The notes under the pieces are model-generated. The model was not told the DNA's origin, searched no databases, and saw only the letters and a list, made by a program, of their open reading frames with translations. DNA of 55,111 nt from a virus (lineage: Duplodnaviria; Caudoviricetes). The position numbers were made by a program, and so were the translations under genes. Below are positions 28,636 through 38,208 of the stretch, piece by piece. The stretch is taken from positions 1 through 55,111 of IMG/VR virus record IMGVR_UViG_3300043777_000051; one strand, 5' to 3'. Every line of letters starts with the position of its first letter. Position 1 is the stretch's first letter.

Positions 28636-29634
28636 TTACGCCGTGATATTCGTGATTTCGTCGAGCATCCTTGGCGAGATGCAGGATACTTGCCAAGTCA
28701 AATATATCGTGCTGACCAGCACTCGCTGATTCGTCGGCTTGATGAACGGATCGACGTTGAAGTAATCCGCCTCGTGGAATACCGGGAAAAGATATTTTGT
28801 GTTAAAGAAAAAGGCGCTGTTCGGCAGAGCCGCCTGCAAAAATAGGTCGGGCACGACGATGGCGTTATTGAACAGGAAGTGATTGCGGAATCCAACCTGC
28901 AACGCTTCCTCATCCTGCATCCCCTGTCCAAAGCGAATCTCCGTGGTGAACTGGCCCTTGAATCCAGCGTATCTCTGCTGTGAAATCGGCATCAAATCCG
29001 GTTCGTCATAACCGAATACGACTGCCTGATACGCACTCTCGGCGGTCGTGGGAGTCAGCACGCCGGAGCCGTTCGAGACGTTAGGCGAGGGCTGCCAGAA
29101 GGAATTAGCGGCCTGAGAGCGGTCGATTCCGGCAATGACGTTGGTGGTCAGTCCTGCCCAGGAATTCAAGTCATCAACATCGTTCGACGTGTTCTGTGGA
29201 GAAGTGTGCCATAGAGCACGCGAAAGTTTCGTCAGGAAGGATGCGGAGGCGACCTGATACTTCGCTTTGATAATGTCGAGATTCCCCGCTCCGCCACGAT
29301 TCAGAATGATGTCGGTAATCGGGATCACGATGGGCTGGCGGTAAGGACGCCACTGTTGGTCGGCAGGCTGAATCGAATCCACGACGGAGGTGTCGAGCAA
29401 CTGATCGCCGTAGTACGCCCCGCCCGGAAGTTCTTCCTGATTGATTTCGGGGAATACCAGTTCGCCCGCGCCAAACTTCTTGCCTTCACGGGTGAATGCC
29501 CAGAAAACAGGGGAGGGCTTGAATACGTTGTCGCCAAGGACCGGGACAATGTATTTCTGCGAAATCGCATTCACGGTGTTGGAAAGCTGGACAGGCGGAG
29601 TCGCCAGTCCAAGTCCAACTACGCTGTTCGCCAT
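28636..29634 (-). CDS. major capsid protein
   Basis: 332 aa after scaffold; DNVFKPSP, GIDRS...FWQP, PDL, FNNAIVVPD; AAGGAG RBS. Confidence 0.8.
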   Translation of the reverse strand: MANSVVGLGLATPPVQLSNTVNAISQKYIVPVLGDNVFKPSPVFWAFTREGKKFGAGELVFPEINQEELPGGAYYGDQLLDTSVVDSIQPADQQWRPYRQPIVIPITDIILNRGGAGNLDIIKAKYQVASASFLTKLSRALWHTSPQNTSNDVDDLNSWAGLTTNVIAGIDRSQAANSFWQPSPNVSNGSGVLTPTTAESAYQAVVFGYDEPDLMPISQQRYAGFKGQFTTEIRFGQGMQDEEALQVGFRNHFLFNNAIVVPDLFLQAALPNSAFFFNTKYLFPVFHEADYFNVDPFIKPTNQRVLVSTIYLTWQVSCISPRMLDEITNITA

Positions 29635-29646
29635 CGTGATTCTCCT

Positions 29647-30501
29647 TTACGCTGTCGCCTTGGCAATGCTCGACCACAGGTCGGCATCGTTTGCGGCATC
29701 CTGCAAAACTTGGTCAAATGTCTTGGTCCGGCCCTTGTCGTCCCGGAAATTCTTTGCCACTTCTTTTCGCGGAGACGAATTTGGCCCGCCGCCCGGCTTC
29801 GGCATGGAGGCAGTCAGGGATTCCTCTTCCAACTGCTTGCGAATCTTGGTGCGCTCCTGTTCGCGCCACTCATCCTGCCGATATTCGGAGGTCATCTCGG
29901 ACGCGGCCCGGTCAAGATTCAGACGGCCCTTGGAGTCTTTCAAACCTTCCTTCTCGGCGTACTTCATCACATCTTCGAGCTTGATCTTGTCCTTCGCCTT
30001 CTCCGGCAACTTCGGGGCGATTCGGTCCTCCCAGCGGTCGTGGTAATAGTCGTCAAGATAGGTGCCCAGCATGGGCTTCAAAATCTTCTCCCGCGCATCG
30101 GACATTTGGGTGCCCATGGCCTTGATTTCGGCCTTGAGTTTATTGACTTCCTTCACCATCGAGCCGACCAAGGGGTCATTTTCGTCCAACTCGGCGTTCT
30201 CGGCAGCGGCACGCTTCGATAGAGGCTTCTTTCCTGCAAGAGCTTCCTCCGCCGTAAGGCCGGTTAACTCCAGATACTTGTTGAACATCTCGTAGACGCC
30301 CGTCGAGGCCTTTTCAAGTTCCAACTTCTCTTTGGCGAGAGCCTGTTCTTTGGCCGTCAAACGCTGCGTGAGTTCGCCTTCGTGCTCCCGGTCATATTCG
30401 CGGGCTGCGCCGAGATTGAACGTCTCCCCGTCTTTGGTGGTGATGACAAAATCGTCAGGATATGTGTTTTTGTCCGCGAGAATATCTTTCCATTTCTTCA
30501 C
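29647..30501 (-). CDS. capsid scaffolding protein
   Basis: charged coiled coil immediately upstream of the capsid gene. Confidence 0.65.
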   Translation of the reverse strand: MKKWKDILADKNTYPDDFVITTKDGETFNLGAAREYDREHEGELTQRLTAKEQALAKEKLELEKASTGVYEMFNKYLELTGLTAEEALAGKKPLSKRAAAENAELDENDPLVGSMVKEVNKLKAEIKAMGTQMSDAREKILKPMLGTYLDDYYHDRWEDRIAPKLPEKAKDKIKLEDVMKYAEKEGLKDSKGRLNLDRAASEMTSEYRQDEWREQERTKIRKQLEEESLTASMPKPGGGPNSSPRKEVAKNFRDDKGRTKTFDQVLQDAANDADLWSSIAKATA

Positions 30502-30899
30502 TGCATACCTCCGGGTACAGGCTCACCACCGCCCGGATTCTGCGCCGGGTTTGGCATGGCTGCGTTATTGGCGATAGGGGGTCTGACGGAATTCTGGGTG
30601 GCCGCGCCTTGCTCCAGAGCCTTGATCATGGCATCCATCGACTTTTGCGCGGACGCGGCGTGACGGGAGGCTTCGGGAATCGAAAACGCGGTCCTGACAT
30701 AAATCTGCACCAGCATCTTTTTCAACTGCTGGGCGCTTTTCAAAAGCATCTGAGGATCAGCGCCTTGCAACTCGGAAAACTGAGAGGCCAACTGCCCATC
30801 GGCGGCATCGGGCGCGGCCCCACCCTGCCCTTGAGCAAGTCTCTGCACAAGTTGACGGGCCATCGAACCTTGTACGAGGGGATTTAGCGCACCAGCCAC
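30498..30899 (-). CDS. Q/A/P/G-rich head-module protein
   Basis: GGAGG RBS; coupled. Confidence 0.6.
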   Translation of the reverse strand: MAGALNPLVQGSMARQLVQRLAQGQGGAAPDAADGQLASQFSELQGADPQMLLKSAQQLKKMLVQIYVRTAFSIPEASRHAASAQKSMDAMIKALEQGAATQNSVRPPIANNAAMPNPAQNPGGGEPVPGGMQ

Positions 30900-31030
30900 T
30901 ATCGACCGCCTCCGCGATTCCCTCGCTTGGGAAGCCTCTTCGAGCGATGGGGCTTTTTCATCGGAACTTTCCCGGTGATCGCCCTGTGGCCCTTGAGGTT
31001 ATTCTTCCCGCCCTTGTTGTGATGGTGCAT
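30899..31030 (-). CDS. 43-aa basic peptide
   Basis: GGAGG RBS; MHHHNKGGKNNLKGHRAITGKVPMKKPHRSKRLPKRGNRGGGR. Confidence 0.6.
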   Translation of the reverse strand: MHHHNKGGKNNLKGHRAITGKVPMKKPHRSKRLPKRGNRGGGR

Positions 31031-31039
31031 GGACCCTCC

Positions 31040-31207
31040 CTACTTCTTGGCCTTGCGCGAGTTTCCGGGGATGAACTTCAACGGGTCTTCCGGGGCCATG
31101 ACGGGGCTGTTATTGACTTCCGGCCCTGGCTCACCTTTTGGCCTGCCCACAGTTAAAGGGGATTTCAAAATCTTGTCATCGAATGTGTTACCCATGCTTC
31201 CGGGCAT
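31040..31207 (-). CDS. 55-aa Pro-rich peptide
   Basis: GAGGTG RBS; MPGSMGNTFDDKILKSPL...PEDPLKFIPGNSRKAKK. Confidence 0.55.
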   Translation of the reverse strand: MPGSMGNTFDDKILKSPLTVGRPKGEPGPEVNNSPVMAPEDPLKFIPGNSRKAKK

Positions 31208-31230
31208 TGGATCACCTCACTTGAAATTGC

Positions 31231-31263
31231 AGAAATGAACAAGGGCGGCTCGGAAACCGCCCC
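31231..31263 (-). terminator. candidate intrinsic terminator
   Basis: GGGCGG-TTTCCGAG-CCGCCC-TTGTTCATTTC on the minus strand. Confidence 0.5.
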
Positions 31264-31280
31264 CTGCCTTGCGGAATCCG

Positions 31281-31334
31281 CTAATAGCGCCGCGAACCAC
31301 GCCGTCTGCGACGACGCCCTCCACGGTGTGCCAT
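31281..31334 (-). CDS. 17-aa protamine-like Arg-rich peptide
   Basis: AAGGAGGT RBS; MAHRGGRRRRRRGSRRY. Confidence 0.6.
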   Translation of the reverse strand: MAHRGGRRRRRRGSRRY

Positions 31335-31420
31335 GATGACCTCCTTCGCTATTGGCGTTGATACTCGTCAGGGATGGCGCGAAGGCCAGCAACTTTCCCT
31401 GACACACGCAACAAGCGTTG

Positions 31421-31468
31421 TTACTTGCGCTTGCCGCCTTTCTTGTATTTTCTTCCACGTCTGGCCAT
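31421..31468 (-). CDS. 15-aa Lys/Arg-rich peptide
   Basis: GAGGAGGT RBS; TGATG coupling; MARRGRKYKKGGKRK. Confidence 0.6.
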   Translation of the reverse strand: MARRGRKYKKGGKRK

Positions 31469-31731
31469 CAGGCTACCTCCTCTAAACGTTGACACCGTGC
31501 ATCGCCGTAAGTTTCGATCAGCGAAACCGCCTGCCTTTCCAGCATTGCCAGATATGAATCTTCGTCGCGGTATTGTTCGAGGTCGCTCTTGTGAAGTTGG
31601 AATGGAACCGCCAGCTTCCCTCTCACGGCGCAACGAATTTGTATCCAGCCTTCGGGAAGATCGCGGTGCTCGATGATCTCAATCCCACGGCTCACACTTT
31701 GGAGGGTGAAGGCATAAGTCCTAGAAGTCAA
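31468..31731 (-). CDS. hypothetical protein
   Basis: 87-aa ORF coupled to the downstream peptide. Confidence 0.55.
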   Translation of the reverse strand: MTSRTYAFTLQSVSRGIEIIEHRDLPEGWIQIRCAVRGKLAVPFQLHKSDLEQYRDEDSYLAMLERQAVSLIETYGDARCQRLEEVA

Positions 31732-31756
31732 TGAATGCTTAGAAGTAATACGAAGG

Positions 31757-31972
31757 TCACGAGCGGAGTTTTTCCAGCGTGTGCGGGTCCACCCCGATAA
31801 AGATTCCGTTCCGCGTGGACGATCCTCGCCCGATCATCCGAATAGGCAGCGACATGTCGAAGATCGTTCCATCGCGAACCCATCCCCACACCGTTTGCGG
31901 AGAATGGTTCATCAGCGCGGCGAATTCGTACACCGTCAACCACTGGCGGGATTCCAAGGGCGAGGCGCTCAC
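31757..31972 (-). CDS. excisionase/MerR-type HTH protein
   Basis: WLTVYEFAALMNHSPQTVWGWVRDG. Confidence 0.65.
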   Translation of the reverse strand: MSASPLESRQWLTVYEFAALMNHSPQTVWGWVRDGTIFDMSLPIRMIGRGSSTRNGIFIGVDPHTLEKLRS

Positions 31973-33657
31973 TTTTTATTTCCCTTCGTCTTGGCGAGAG
32001 CCTGCAACTCCATGTCGCGCTCGATGCGATCCGCCACGCCTCCGGCATCGGGAAAGTCGAGATGTTCAAGACCGGTGCGGGTGTCCATCATGCCGAGCTT
32101 CTTCAACTCCGGCACCATCCGCTTAATCATCATCTGGGACATCGGGCGGAGACTCGCATCATCCAACTCGACATCATAAATATCGTGGCGCGATAAGAGT
32201 CCCGGCCATTTGATAATTTCTCTTCCACCTTCCCCATCAAACTGCATTGATTGCTCCCGCATGAATTTCCCGATAAGGTGAAACTGCATCCACGCGATTC
32301 TGTAGAACGCTTCCGCGTGCAAACGACCGCGAAGCTGCGTTAAACCTTGGGAACGAATCACGGACTCGTCGAATAATTCCGGCGAGATATTTCCCGCACC
32401 GGGCTTGCCCGATCTCGCGTCCGTGAATCCCTGCAACTCCTTCTGCTTATCCAGAAGTAATTGAGGTAACTGAGTGAATTGCTGAGGAAGGGCGGCGGGG
32501 TAAAGAATCTTCACTCCTTCAATCGAATTAGCGTTGACGACTTGGACTTCGCCGGGTATGCCGCCGTAGGCGTCAGGGTCAATTCCTGTGCGTTCGTCAA
32601 TGAGAGTGATGCCGTTATTAAGTCTGATCGCATTTTCAAAAAGCTGCGTCCACAGACGCTCCGAAACGTTCTGGATGTCTCTCGAATACCGGACGGCAGG
32701 GACAGCCCAGATACCATGTAGAGGCACAGTTGACCAGAACGGTATGATGGGAAAACTTTTCAGCGGATAGGGATTATCGCCATCCTGCAAAATCTGCCCT
32801 TCACAATCCACAATCAGGCGATTATTCGGATAGGCCCACTCAAAATCTACGGGCACAATCGCTCCCGCAGGAAGTTTCTTTTCCTCGATCTTTAACCGTG
32901 TGGAATCTTCACAGAAACACCATCGCACGCGGACGCGGTTATCGTCTGGGATCGCCCTGTTATTAGGCAGGCCGGGGACCATCGCCATCGGGCCTTGCGG
33001 CATCTGAAATCCGTATCCGGTATCCCCAATAGCGGGGCTAACGCTTCTTCCGGCCACTCTGGGCTTGATGCCCACGGAAGTTTTAGGCCAGCGTTTACGG
33101 ACTCTTTCAAGGTGCATGTAATCTTCGAGGATGACATAGGACCAGTCCAGTTCGTAAGATGTAAAAGGATCGCAGTCAAAAGTCCGGGGATCGCGCATTT
33201 TGGCCCACGTCCCCCCGCGTCCCTGTCGCATGTCCGGGTCATATCCAATCTGAATCGGCGTCATCCCGGTAAACATCGAGGACAGAATAGCAAACATCGA
33301 GTGGTAATTGATCTTCGATCTTCGCCACTCCGACTGCAAAACCTTTTCCCGATCTTCTTCCCGCTTAGACGATTGCGTGTTGATGATGTAAGGGCGTGGC
33401 GCTACTTCCGTCAGATCGTTCGCCTCCCGCATCATTAGGGTCTGGAGTTCAGGGGTGCGAATCAGCGGGCGGAATGAAGGCAGCGGCCCACCTTGGTCAG
33501 TGAGCGCGTAGAACGCTTCCATGTCCTCGTACCAGCGTTCTCCGAGGCAGGAGTTCTTGTGGTCTTTGGAAAGTCTCTGCCATTCGTCGATATGGCGGGA
33601 CAAAGGATTACGCTCGTCAACTGACTTGCGGGATGTGACGAGGGTAAGTTGCGCCAT
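31969..33657 (-). CDS. portal protein (P22-like)
   Basis: 562 aa after terminase; DPRTFDCDP, NPYPLKSFPII, DIQ..SERL, YDVELD. Confidence 0.8.
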   Translation of the reverse strand: MAQLTLVTSRKSVDERNPLSRHIDEWQRLSKDHKNSCLGERWYEDMEAFYALTDQGGPLPSFRPLIRTPELQTLMMREANDLTEVAPRPYIINTQSSKREEDREKVLQSEWRRSKINYHSMFAILSSMFTGMTPIQIGYDPDMRQGRGGTWAKMRDPRTFDCDPFTSYELDWSYVILEDYMHLERVRKRWPKTSVGIKPRVAGRSVSPAIGDTGYGFQMPQGPMAMVPGLPNNRAIPDDNRVRVRWCFCEDSTRLKIEEKKLPAGAIVPVDFEWAYPNNRLIVDCEGQILQDGDNPYPLKSFPIIPFWSTVPLHGIWAVPAVRYSRDIQNVSERLWTQLFENAIRLNNGITLIDERTGIDPDAYGGIPGEVQVVNANSIEGVKILYPAALPQQFTQLPQLLLDKQKELQGFTDARSGKPGAGNISPELFDESVIRSQGLTQLRGRLHAEAFYRIAWMQFHLIGKFMREQSMQFDGEGGREIIKWPGLLSRHDIYDVELDDASLRPMSQMMIKRMVPELKKLGMMDTRTGLEHLDFPDAGGVADRIERDMELQALAKTKGNKK

Positions 33658-33747
33658 TTACTTTCTCTTGCTTACTCTCTTCCGCTTGCGTTTCGGCGGT
33701 CGTGGTGCGTCCCGGTTCGGGCTTCCGTAATCAGTGGTTTGCTTCAT
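33658..33747 (-). CDS. 29-aa basic peptide
   Basis: GAGG RBS; MKQTTDYGSPNRDAPRPPKRKRKRVSKRK; stop abuts portal ATG. Confidence 0.5.
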   Translation of the reverse strand: MKQTTDYGSPNRDAPRPPKRKRKRVSKRK

Positions 33748-34018
33748 GGGGTTCCTCGTTTAACCACGCGGAAAACTGATCCGCCATCGTCATCCTGCCT
33801 TCGTCTCCGCCTTCCTTCAAGTGGGTCTGTAGTTCCTTCACGCGCTCGTCTAGTTCTTTGGCGGTGTAGATTCCTCCGTCCACGAGGATACGCTGGTTTT
33901 TGCGGAGTTCGATCAGAAAATATCTGTGGGCTTTCGACTTCGATTCTTTCTCGTAGAGGCGGGCATACTCGTTGCCGATTTCGTCATACAACTGGAGGGC
34001 TTGTTCGCGGACGCTCAC
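33731..34018 (-). CDS. hypothetical protein
   Basis: GTG 34018 overlaps upstream TGA; shorter than the ORF-track call. Confidence 0.55.
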   Translation of the reverse strand: MSVREQALQLYDEIGNEYARLYEKESKSKAHRYFLIELRKNQRILVDGGIYTAKELDERVKELQTHLKEGGDEGRMTMADQFSAWLNEEPHEANH

Positions 34019-34455
34019 CTGTTTTCCGTTCGGAACGGATACACTCCCGGCCTGACTTGTTTTTCCCGCTCCGCTCGTTTGCCTTCCCGCTCCTGCTCCA
34101 ATAGCCACAACCTTAGATCGTTGTTCTCGATCCTCTGGGGGATATGGGGGCTGGAGTCCTCCTCGGTTGGCGAATTCGACTGCGTCGGCGACTTTCTGGT
34201 CGAAGTTCTCGCTGTCCACGAAGGAGCCTCGCTCACAACATACAGGTCAGTGGTCTTTGGCCCTAACCGTAGCACAATTTCCGTGAGATTGTCATTAGGA
34301 TAACGAACCAAGACCTGATCCGTGACCGACAAGATGTCGCTGACCTTCAACCGCATCTCTCCACCCTGCTTCTTCACGATGGCCGCGAGAAGATTAAGAA
34401 GATAGCGGTCGGGCGACATGCCATTCGCCGAAAGCGGATATGGTAGTTCGGTCAT
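34015..34455 (-). CDS. hypothetical protein
   Basis: ATGA overlap with terminase stop. Confidence 0.6.
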   Translation of the reverse strand: MTELPYPLSANGMSPDRYLLNLLAAIVKKQGGEMRLKVSDILSVTDQVLVRYPNDNLTEIVLRLGPKTTDLYVVSEAPSWTARTSTRKSPTQSNSPTEEDSSPHIPQRIENNDLRLWLLEQEREGKRAEREKQVRPGVYPFRTENR

Positions 34456-36185
34456 ATTCCTTGGAGTAAATCCTTCTTTTTGGCTTTGTCGTTATAAATT
34501 CGGAGCTTGTTCAAATGGTTGGTGCTGGTCCATCCAAACATTCCCGCCGCGTTCGATTCCGGGCTGTCCATCCACGTAATTCCGGAGTGCTGCTCTTTTT
34601 CTTCCGTCAACTTTTGGGTCATGCGGTCGAGCGGAGCGCCGTGAGGATAGTGATGATCCTGCATCGCGGCCCAACCAAGAAGCGCGGCCATCATAATGTC
34701 ATCGTGACCCTTTATGACAGTCCATCTCCACCCCATTTCCATCTTGCACTTCGACATCTGGGTTACAAGTTCTTGATCGAGGGGGAAACACTCTCCCCTT
34801 CGTAATGAAGTGCGGAATAACGCAAGGGCACGTTGACGGCTTCTCTCTGTAGTCTCCCAACCAAGCGATGTGCGGGGCTTTTTGTCAAATCTATCGTCAC
34901 GTCCAAGCCAGAGATATTGACCTGGATAGTGCCATCTATCGCGCAATTCTCGTAGCACGATATACCCCCATCCGCCCGTGATTTCCACATTAACCATTGC
35001 TTTGTCGTACATCCGTCCGATCCAATTAACAACGCTCCCCAAGATTTCGGGTCCGACTCGTGCAGCATAGCGGAAAGCCTGCCTGCCAGTTTCAGCGTTC
35101 CAGCCAACAGCCGCAGCAAAATCCCCGTCCTCCATGCCCTTCGCCGCATCCACGCCAACATAATAATGATCACCTTCCTTGGGCCACTCCCATATCTCCA
35201 GCGGACCCTCTCTCGATTCCTCGAACGTCAATTCCCACTTTGAATTGATTGGCACCATCCGCATATTGCAGATCGGTTCCGTGACGTGATCCTGCGCCAT
35301 CTTAAGTTCCTGAAAATCGAAGGCGGGGTTACCAGTTGAGATGAACGACTCTTCCGGGGTTGCGGGGTATTCCGCCCTCCACGTATAGATCGACCCACCG
35401 CACTTTGTCTCAAGCGTCTGGCGAAACCACGCAATCTGCCCCTTGGTTACCTTGAATTCCTTCATCAGCCATTTTTCGTAATCGTCGGCGGGGGCATCGG
35501 GAGCCAACTCATCCGGCATGATCGAGCCGGGGTCTTCATACCACGGAAGGAAAATAGGCATGAAGTTGTTCTGCCCATCCACGGCAGCATTCCAGTAATC
35601 GTAGTAGGCTTCTCCCGGACCCTCCATGCCGTTCGCCGTCGTCTCAATCGCCACAATGTTGTCGGGGTCTTTCGAGGATACGGTATTCAGCAGGGCGATG
35701 AACGAATCCGCGCCGGGATAGAAGGCTGCTTCGGTCATGTGCAGTCCATTGAGGGTAAGACCGCGTCCGGAGATGACCGTCTTGGCCGTGGCTCGGCGGA
35801 AGGAAGAGACTCCTCCAGAATGAGGAAAGTAAATTTCCCTCTGGGTGTGAGGGGGAAGTTTGAACGGTAGGCACTCCGAGAAGTCGGAGACTTGGCGAAA
35901 TAATTCTTTTGCAGTCTCGCCAAGCTGGGCCACGATCATTCCTTGGCAGTTTTTCTTTTGAAGCTGCTGCGCCATCAGTAGAGCGAGAACCCACGTAGAA
36001 ATTCCGAGGCGGCGAGCTTTCAGGAAGATTAACCAGAGAGGTTTTTTTTGCTCCTGCCGTTTGTAGACGGCCCGCATGATCTTTTGCTGGGAAGGATTGA
36101 ACTGGAATGCCCGGTGATGCCCCGCGTCCCGATCTTTAATCGTCAGGCGGTGGCAGAGAGTCTCGAAATGGGAGAGATTCAGCAC
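34452..36185 (-). CDS. terL: terminase large subunit
   Basis: LKARRLGIST, LHMTEAAF, ETTANG, YVGVDAAKG, HDDIMMA. Confidence 0.92.
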   Translation of the reverse strand: MLNLSHFETLCHRLTIKDRDAGHHRAFQFNPSQQKIMRAVYKRQEQKKPLWLIFLKARRLGISTWVLALLMAQQLQKKNCQGMIVAQLGETAKELFRQVSDFSECLPFKLPPHTQREIYFPHSGGVSSFRRATAKTVISGRGLTLNGLHMTEAAFYPGADSFIALLNTVSSKDPDNIVAIETTANGMEGPGEAYYDYWNAAVDGQNNFMPIFLPWYEDPGSIMPDELAPDAPADDYEKWLMKEFKVTKGQIAWFRQTLETKCGGSIYTWRAEYPATPEESFISTGNPAFDFQELKMAQDHVTEPICNMRMVPINSKWELTFEESREGPLEIWEWPKEGDHYYVGVDAAKGMEDGDFAAAVGWNAETGRQAFRYAARVGPEILGSVVNWIGRMYDKAMVNVEITGGWGYIVLRELRDRWHYPGQYLWLGRDDRFDKKPRTSLGWETTERSRQRALALFRTSLRRGECFPLDQELVTQMSKCKMEMGWRWTVIKGHDDIMMAALLGWAAMQDHHYPHGAPLDRMTQKLTEEKEQHSGITWMDSPESNAAGMFGWTSTNHLNKLRIYNDKAKKKDLLQGI

Positions 36186-36989
36186 TCACAGACGCTCCCC
36201 GGTTTCCGCGATGGCGGGAATATTCATCTCGTACTCGTAAGGCCCGATGTGTTTGGTCACCATCCACGGGCAGAGCCATGTAGTAATCCCTGCAACTTTG
36301 GCGCGTTCGCAAAAATACCAGTCCTCGCTGAGATAGAGACGGGTTTCGGGATCAATCTTGGCCTCAAAGAAGGCCCACGATTCCTCCGCGCCAACATCCA
36401 CCATTTCCTCTGCCATAAATTTGTACGACTCTACTACTCCTCGGCAGATCATCGCGTCGAATACACTGCGGGGAATCATCATAACCCCCGTACCAGAGTG
36501 TCTTACCGGAACCGGCTGGCCGCACTTCATGTCTTCGACGAGGAAGTTCGCGACTATGGTCCCGCCGTAGGCAGGCATATTCTCCACAGGATATTCTTTA
36601 GTCTGTGAACAAACTTTCCCGATACGATCCCAGTTTATCCCCTTCTTGGCATAAGGAGCGCACAGGATGCCTCCGTGGGACTTCGACAATATCAGGAGAT
36701 GCAGAACATCTTCCGGCAGTATCCAAATATCGGAATCTAGGAAAAGCAAGTCGGTACAGTCGGTGAGAAGAAACTTGCAGGCGATCTTGTTTCGTCCTCT
36801 GGTAATCAGAGACTCATTAAAGGTTGCGGTGAAACGATGGTTAACGCCTAGTTTCGCCAGTAGTTGCGTCAGGGATATACAGAGAGCGCGATGCCTTCCA
36901 TCGCAAACTCCGTTGAACATGGGCGTGGATATTTCCAGTTTACGGGTCTTGAGCCATGCCCGCGTTTCATCGTCAATCTTGTAACTCAC
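36186..36989 (-). CDS. GT-A fold glycosyltransferase
   Basis: ITRGRNKIA, LLFLDSD (DxD), GTGVMMI, SEDWYFC, HIG; GTG start at 36989. Confidence 0.8.
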   Translation of the reverse strand: MSYKIDDETRAWLKTRKLEISTPMFNGVCDGRHRALCISLTQLLAKLGVNHRFTATFNESLITRGRNKIACKFLLTDCTDLLFLDSDIWILPEDVLHLLILSKSHGGILCAPYAKKGINWDRIGKVCSQTKEYPVENMPAYGGTIVANFLVEDMKCGQPVPVRHSGTGVMMIPRSVFDAMICRGVVESYKFMAEEMVDVGAEESWAFFEAKIDPETRLYLSEDWYFCERAKVAGITTWLCPWMVTKHIGPYEYEMNIPAIAETGERL

Positions 36990-37558
36990 TTGGCGGCGCT
37001 CCGTTCCGAGGGATGAAGATGAGGATGGTTGGCCGGGTTGTCGCTGGGTAGCATTCCCCGGTCGCTGATTCCCTTTACGCCGTCTTTCTTCTGGTTTTCC
37101 AGAGCTACGCACGCAAGCTGGCAGAAGTGCTCGTTCACGATCAGATTCGTCGTGGGGTCGCGCTTGGGTCTTACCAGCGCCCACTGCTTGTTGGCTTTCT
37201 TCGCTCCGCCGCAGGTTTTACATCGGGCCTTGTTGTCATCCGCCGTGATTCTGGCATTGAGGGCATAACTGGCGATCTCGCAATTCTTCCTCATCCTCGC
37301 AAGCAGAGACAAGCCTTCCTCAATCTCAAGGTCTTGCGCGAAGAACTTGCGGACATCGTCCTCCGTAGCCTTCTCTCCGGCCCAGCGCGCTTTGACTGCC
37401 GCTGTCTGCTGTTTTGGTTCCGGCTCCGCTTTCTTTGCGAGTCTCGCCAGCTTCGCGGCCTTGTTCGTGGCGCGTGTGGCTGCGGCTTTTGCCCTCGTCT
37501 CCGGGTTGTTCATGGGAGAAATGCGTTTCGGTTTCTCTAAAACCAATTCATCGGGCAT
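36986..37558 (-). CDS. hypothetical protein with Zn-finger-like motif
   Basis: CKTC...FCQLAC; basic N-terminus. Confidence 0.6.
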   Translation of the reverse strand: MPDELVLEKPKRISPMNNPETRAKAAATRATNKAAKLARLAKKAEPEPKQQTAAVKARWAGEKATEDDVRKFFAQDLEIEEGLSLLARMRKNCEIASYALNARITADDNKARCKTCGGAKKANKQWALVRPKRDPTTNLIVNEHFCQLACVALENQKKDGVKGISDRGMLPSDNPANHPHLHPSERSAAK

Positions 37559-37949
37559 CAGTCATCCTTTCCATATAATCGAGGACGGATTCTTCGTCGA
37601 GAGAATTAAGGGGAGGGCCGTCATGCTCGAAACCTTCGCCTTCCGGAAGGCAGGCTTTCAGGTCTTGTTCCACGTCTCGGACATTTCGTTCGAGGTCGCG
37701 CATAAGTTTCTCCGGCACGTCGTTCACCGGGAAGGCGCGTGTCGACAGCCAGCGTCCATCTTCGGTCAAGGTACAGTCCACGGAAGCGGCAACACCATCC
37801 GTTTCGTACCTATAAAGAAGAGGGCCAACCTTGTAAGACTCGGAGTGCAGCATGGCGCGGATTCTCTGGCGGTTAGATTCTCGGAATTCGGAGCGCAACT
37901 CCGAGAACGAGCGCTCTTCTTCGGGATGGGGGATTACAAAGTCAGGCAT
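37548..37949 (-). CDS. hypothetical protein
   Basis: coupled ORF. Confidence 0.55.
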   Translation of the reverse strand: MPDFVIPHPEEERSFSELRSEFRESNRQRIRAMLHSESYKVGPLLYRYETDGVAASVDCTLTEDGRWLSTRAFPVNDVPEKLMRDLERNVRDVEQDLKACLPEGEGFEHDGPPLNSLDEESVLDYMERMTDAR

Positions 37950-38208
37950 GGTGGTAGGTCACTTTCTTGGCGATAACGCGGTACTTCTCCCGCGCTTGCG
38001 CCAGATTTCGTTTCTCATTCATCCAGCGGGCCTGATCCCAGCCTTTCGGTCGGGTGATGACCTGCAAACTGGAGATACCTTCCGCCGCGCAAATCTCGCA
38101 AACGAAAGCGATTCTAAACTGGTCCTGATGCGACACTCTGATCGCCCGGTCACGCGGGACTCCTGTCGGGTGATGGGGGTTTCGGCAGGGAGGGGGGTGC
38201 AGGGCCAT
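37942..38208 (-). CDS. Zn-ribbon-like hypothetical protein
   Basis: CRNPH...FVCEIC. Confidence 0.55.
   Translation of the reverse strand: MALHPPPCRNPHHPTGVPRDRAIRVSHQDQFRIAFVCEICAAEGISSLQVITRPKGWDQARWMNEKRNLAQAREKYRVIAKKVTYHHA

Noticed and set aside
29356-30222. 288-aa + strand ORF
   Set aside because: Antisense shadow of the capsid/scaffold genes in high-GC3 sequence.
31757-31972. True excisionase implying an integration module
   Set aside because: It is coupled to the portal gene and there is no integrase; more likely a generic HTH protein.
34019-34219. N-terminal extension of ORF 33731..34219
   Set aside because: It overlaps the upstream gene by ~200 bp; a GTGA-coupled start at 34018 is more parsimonious.
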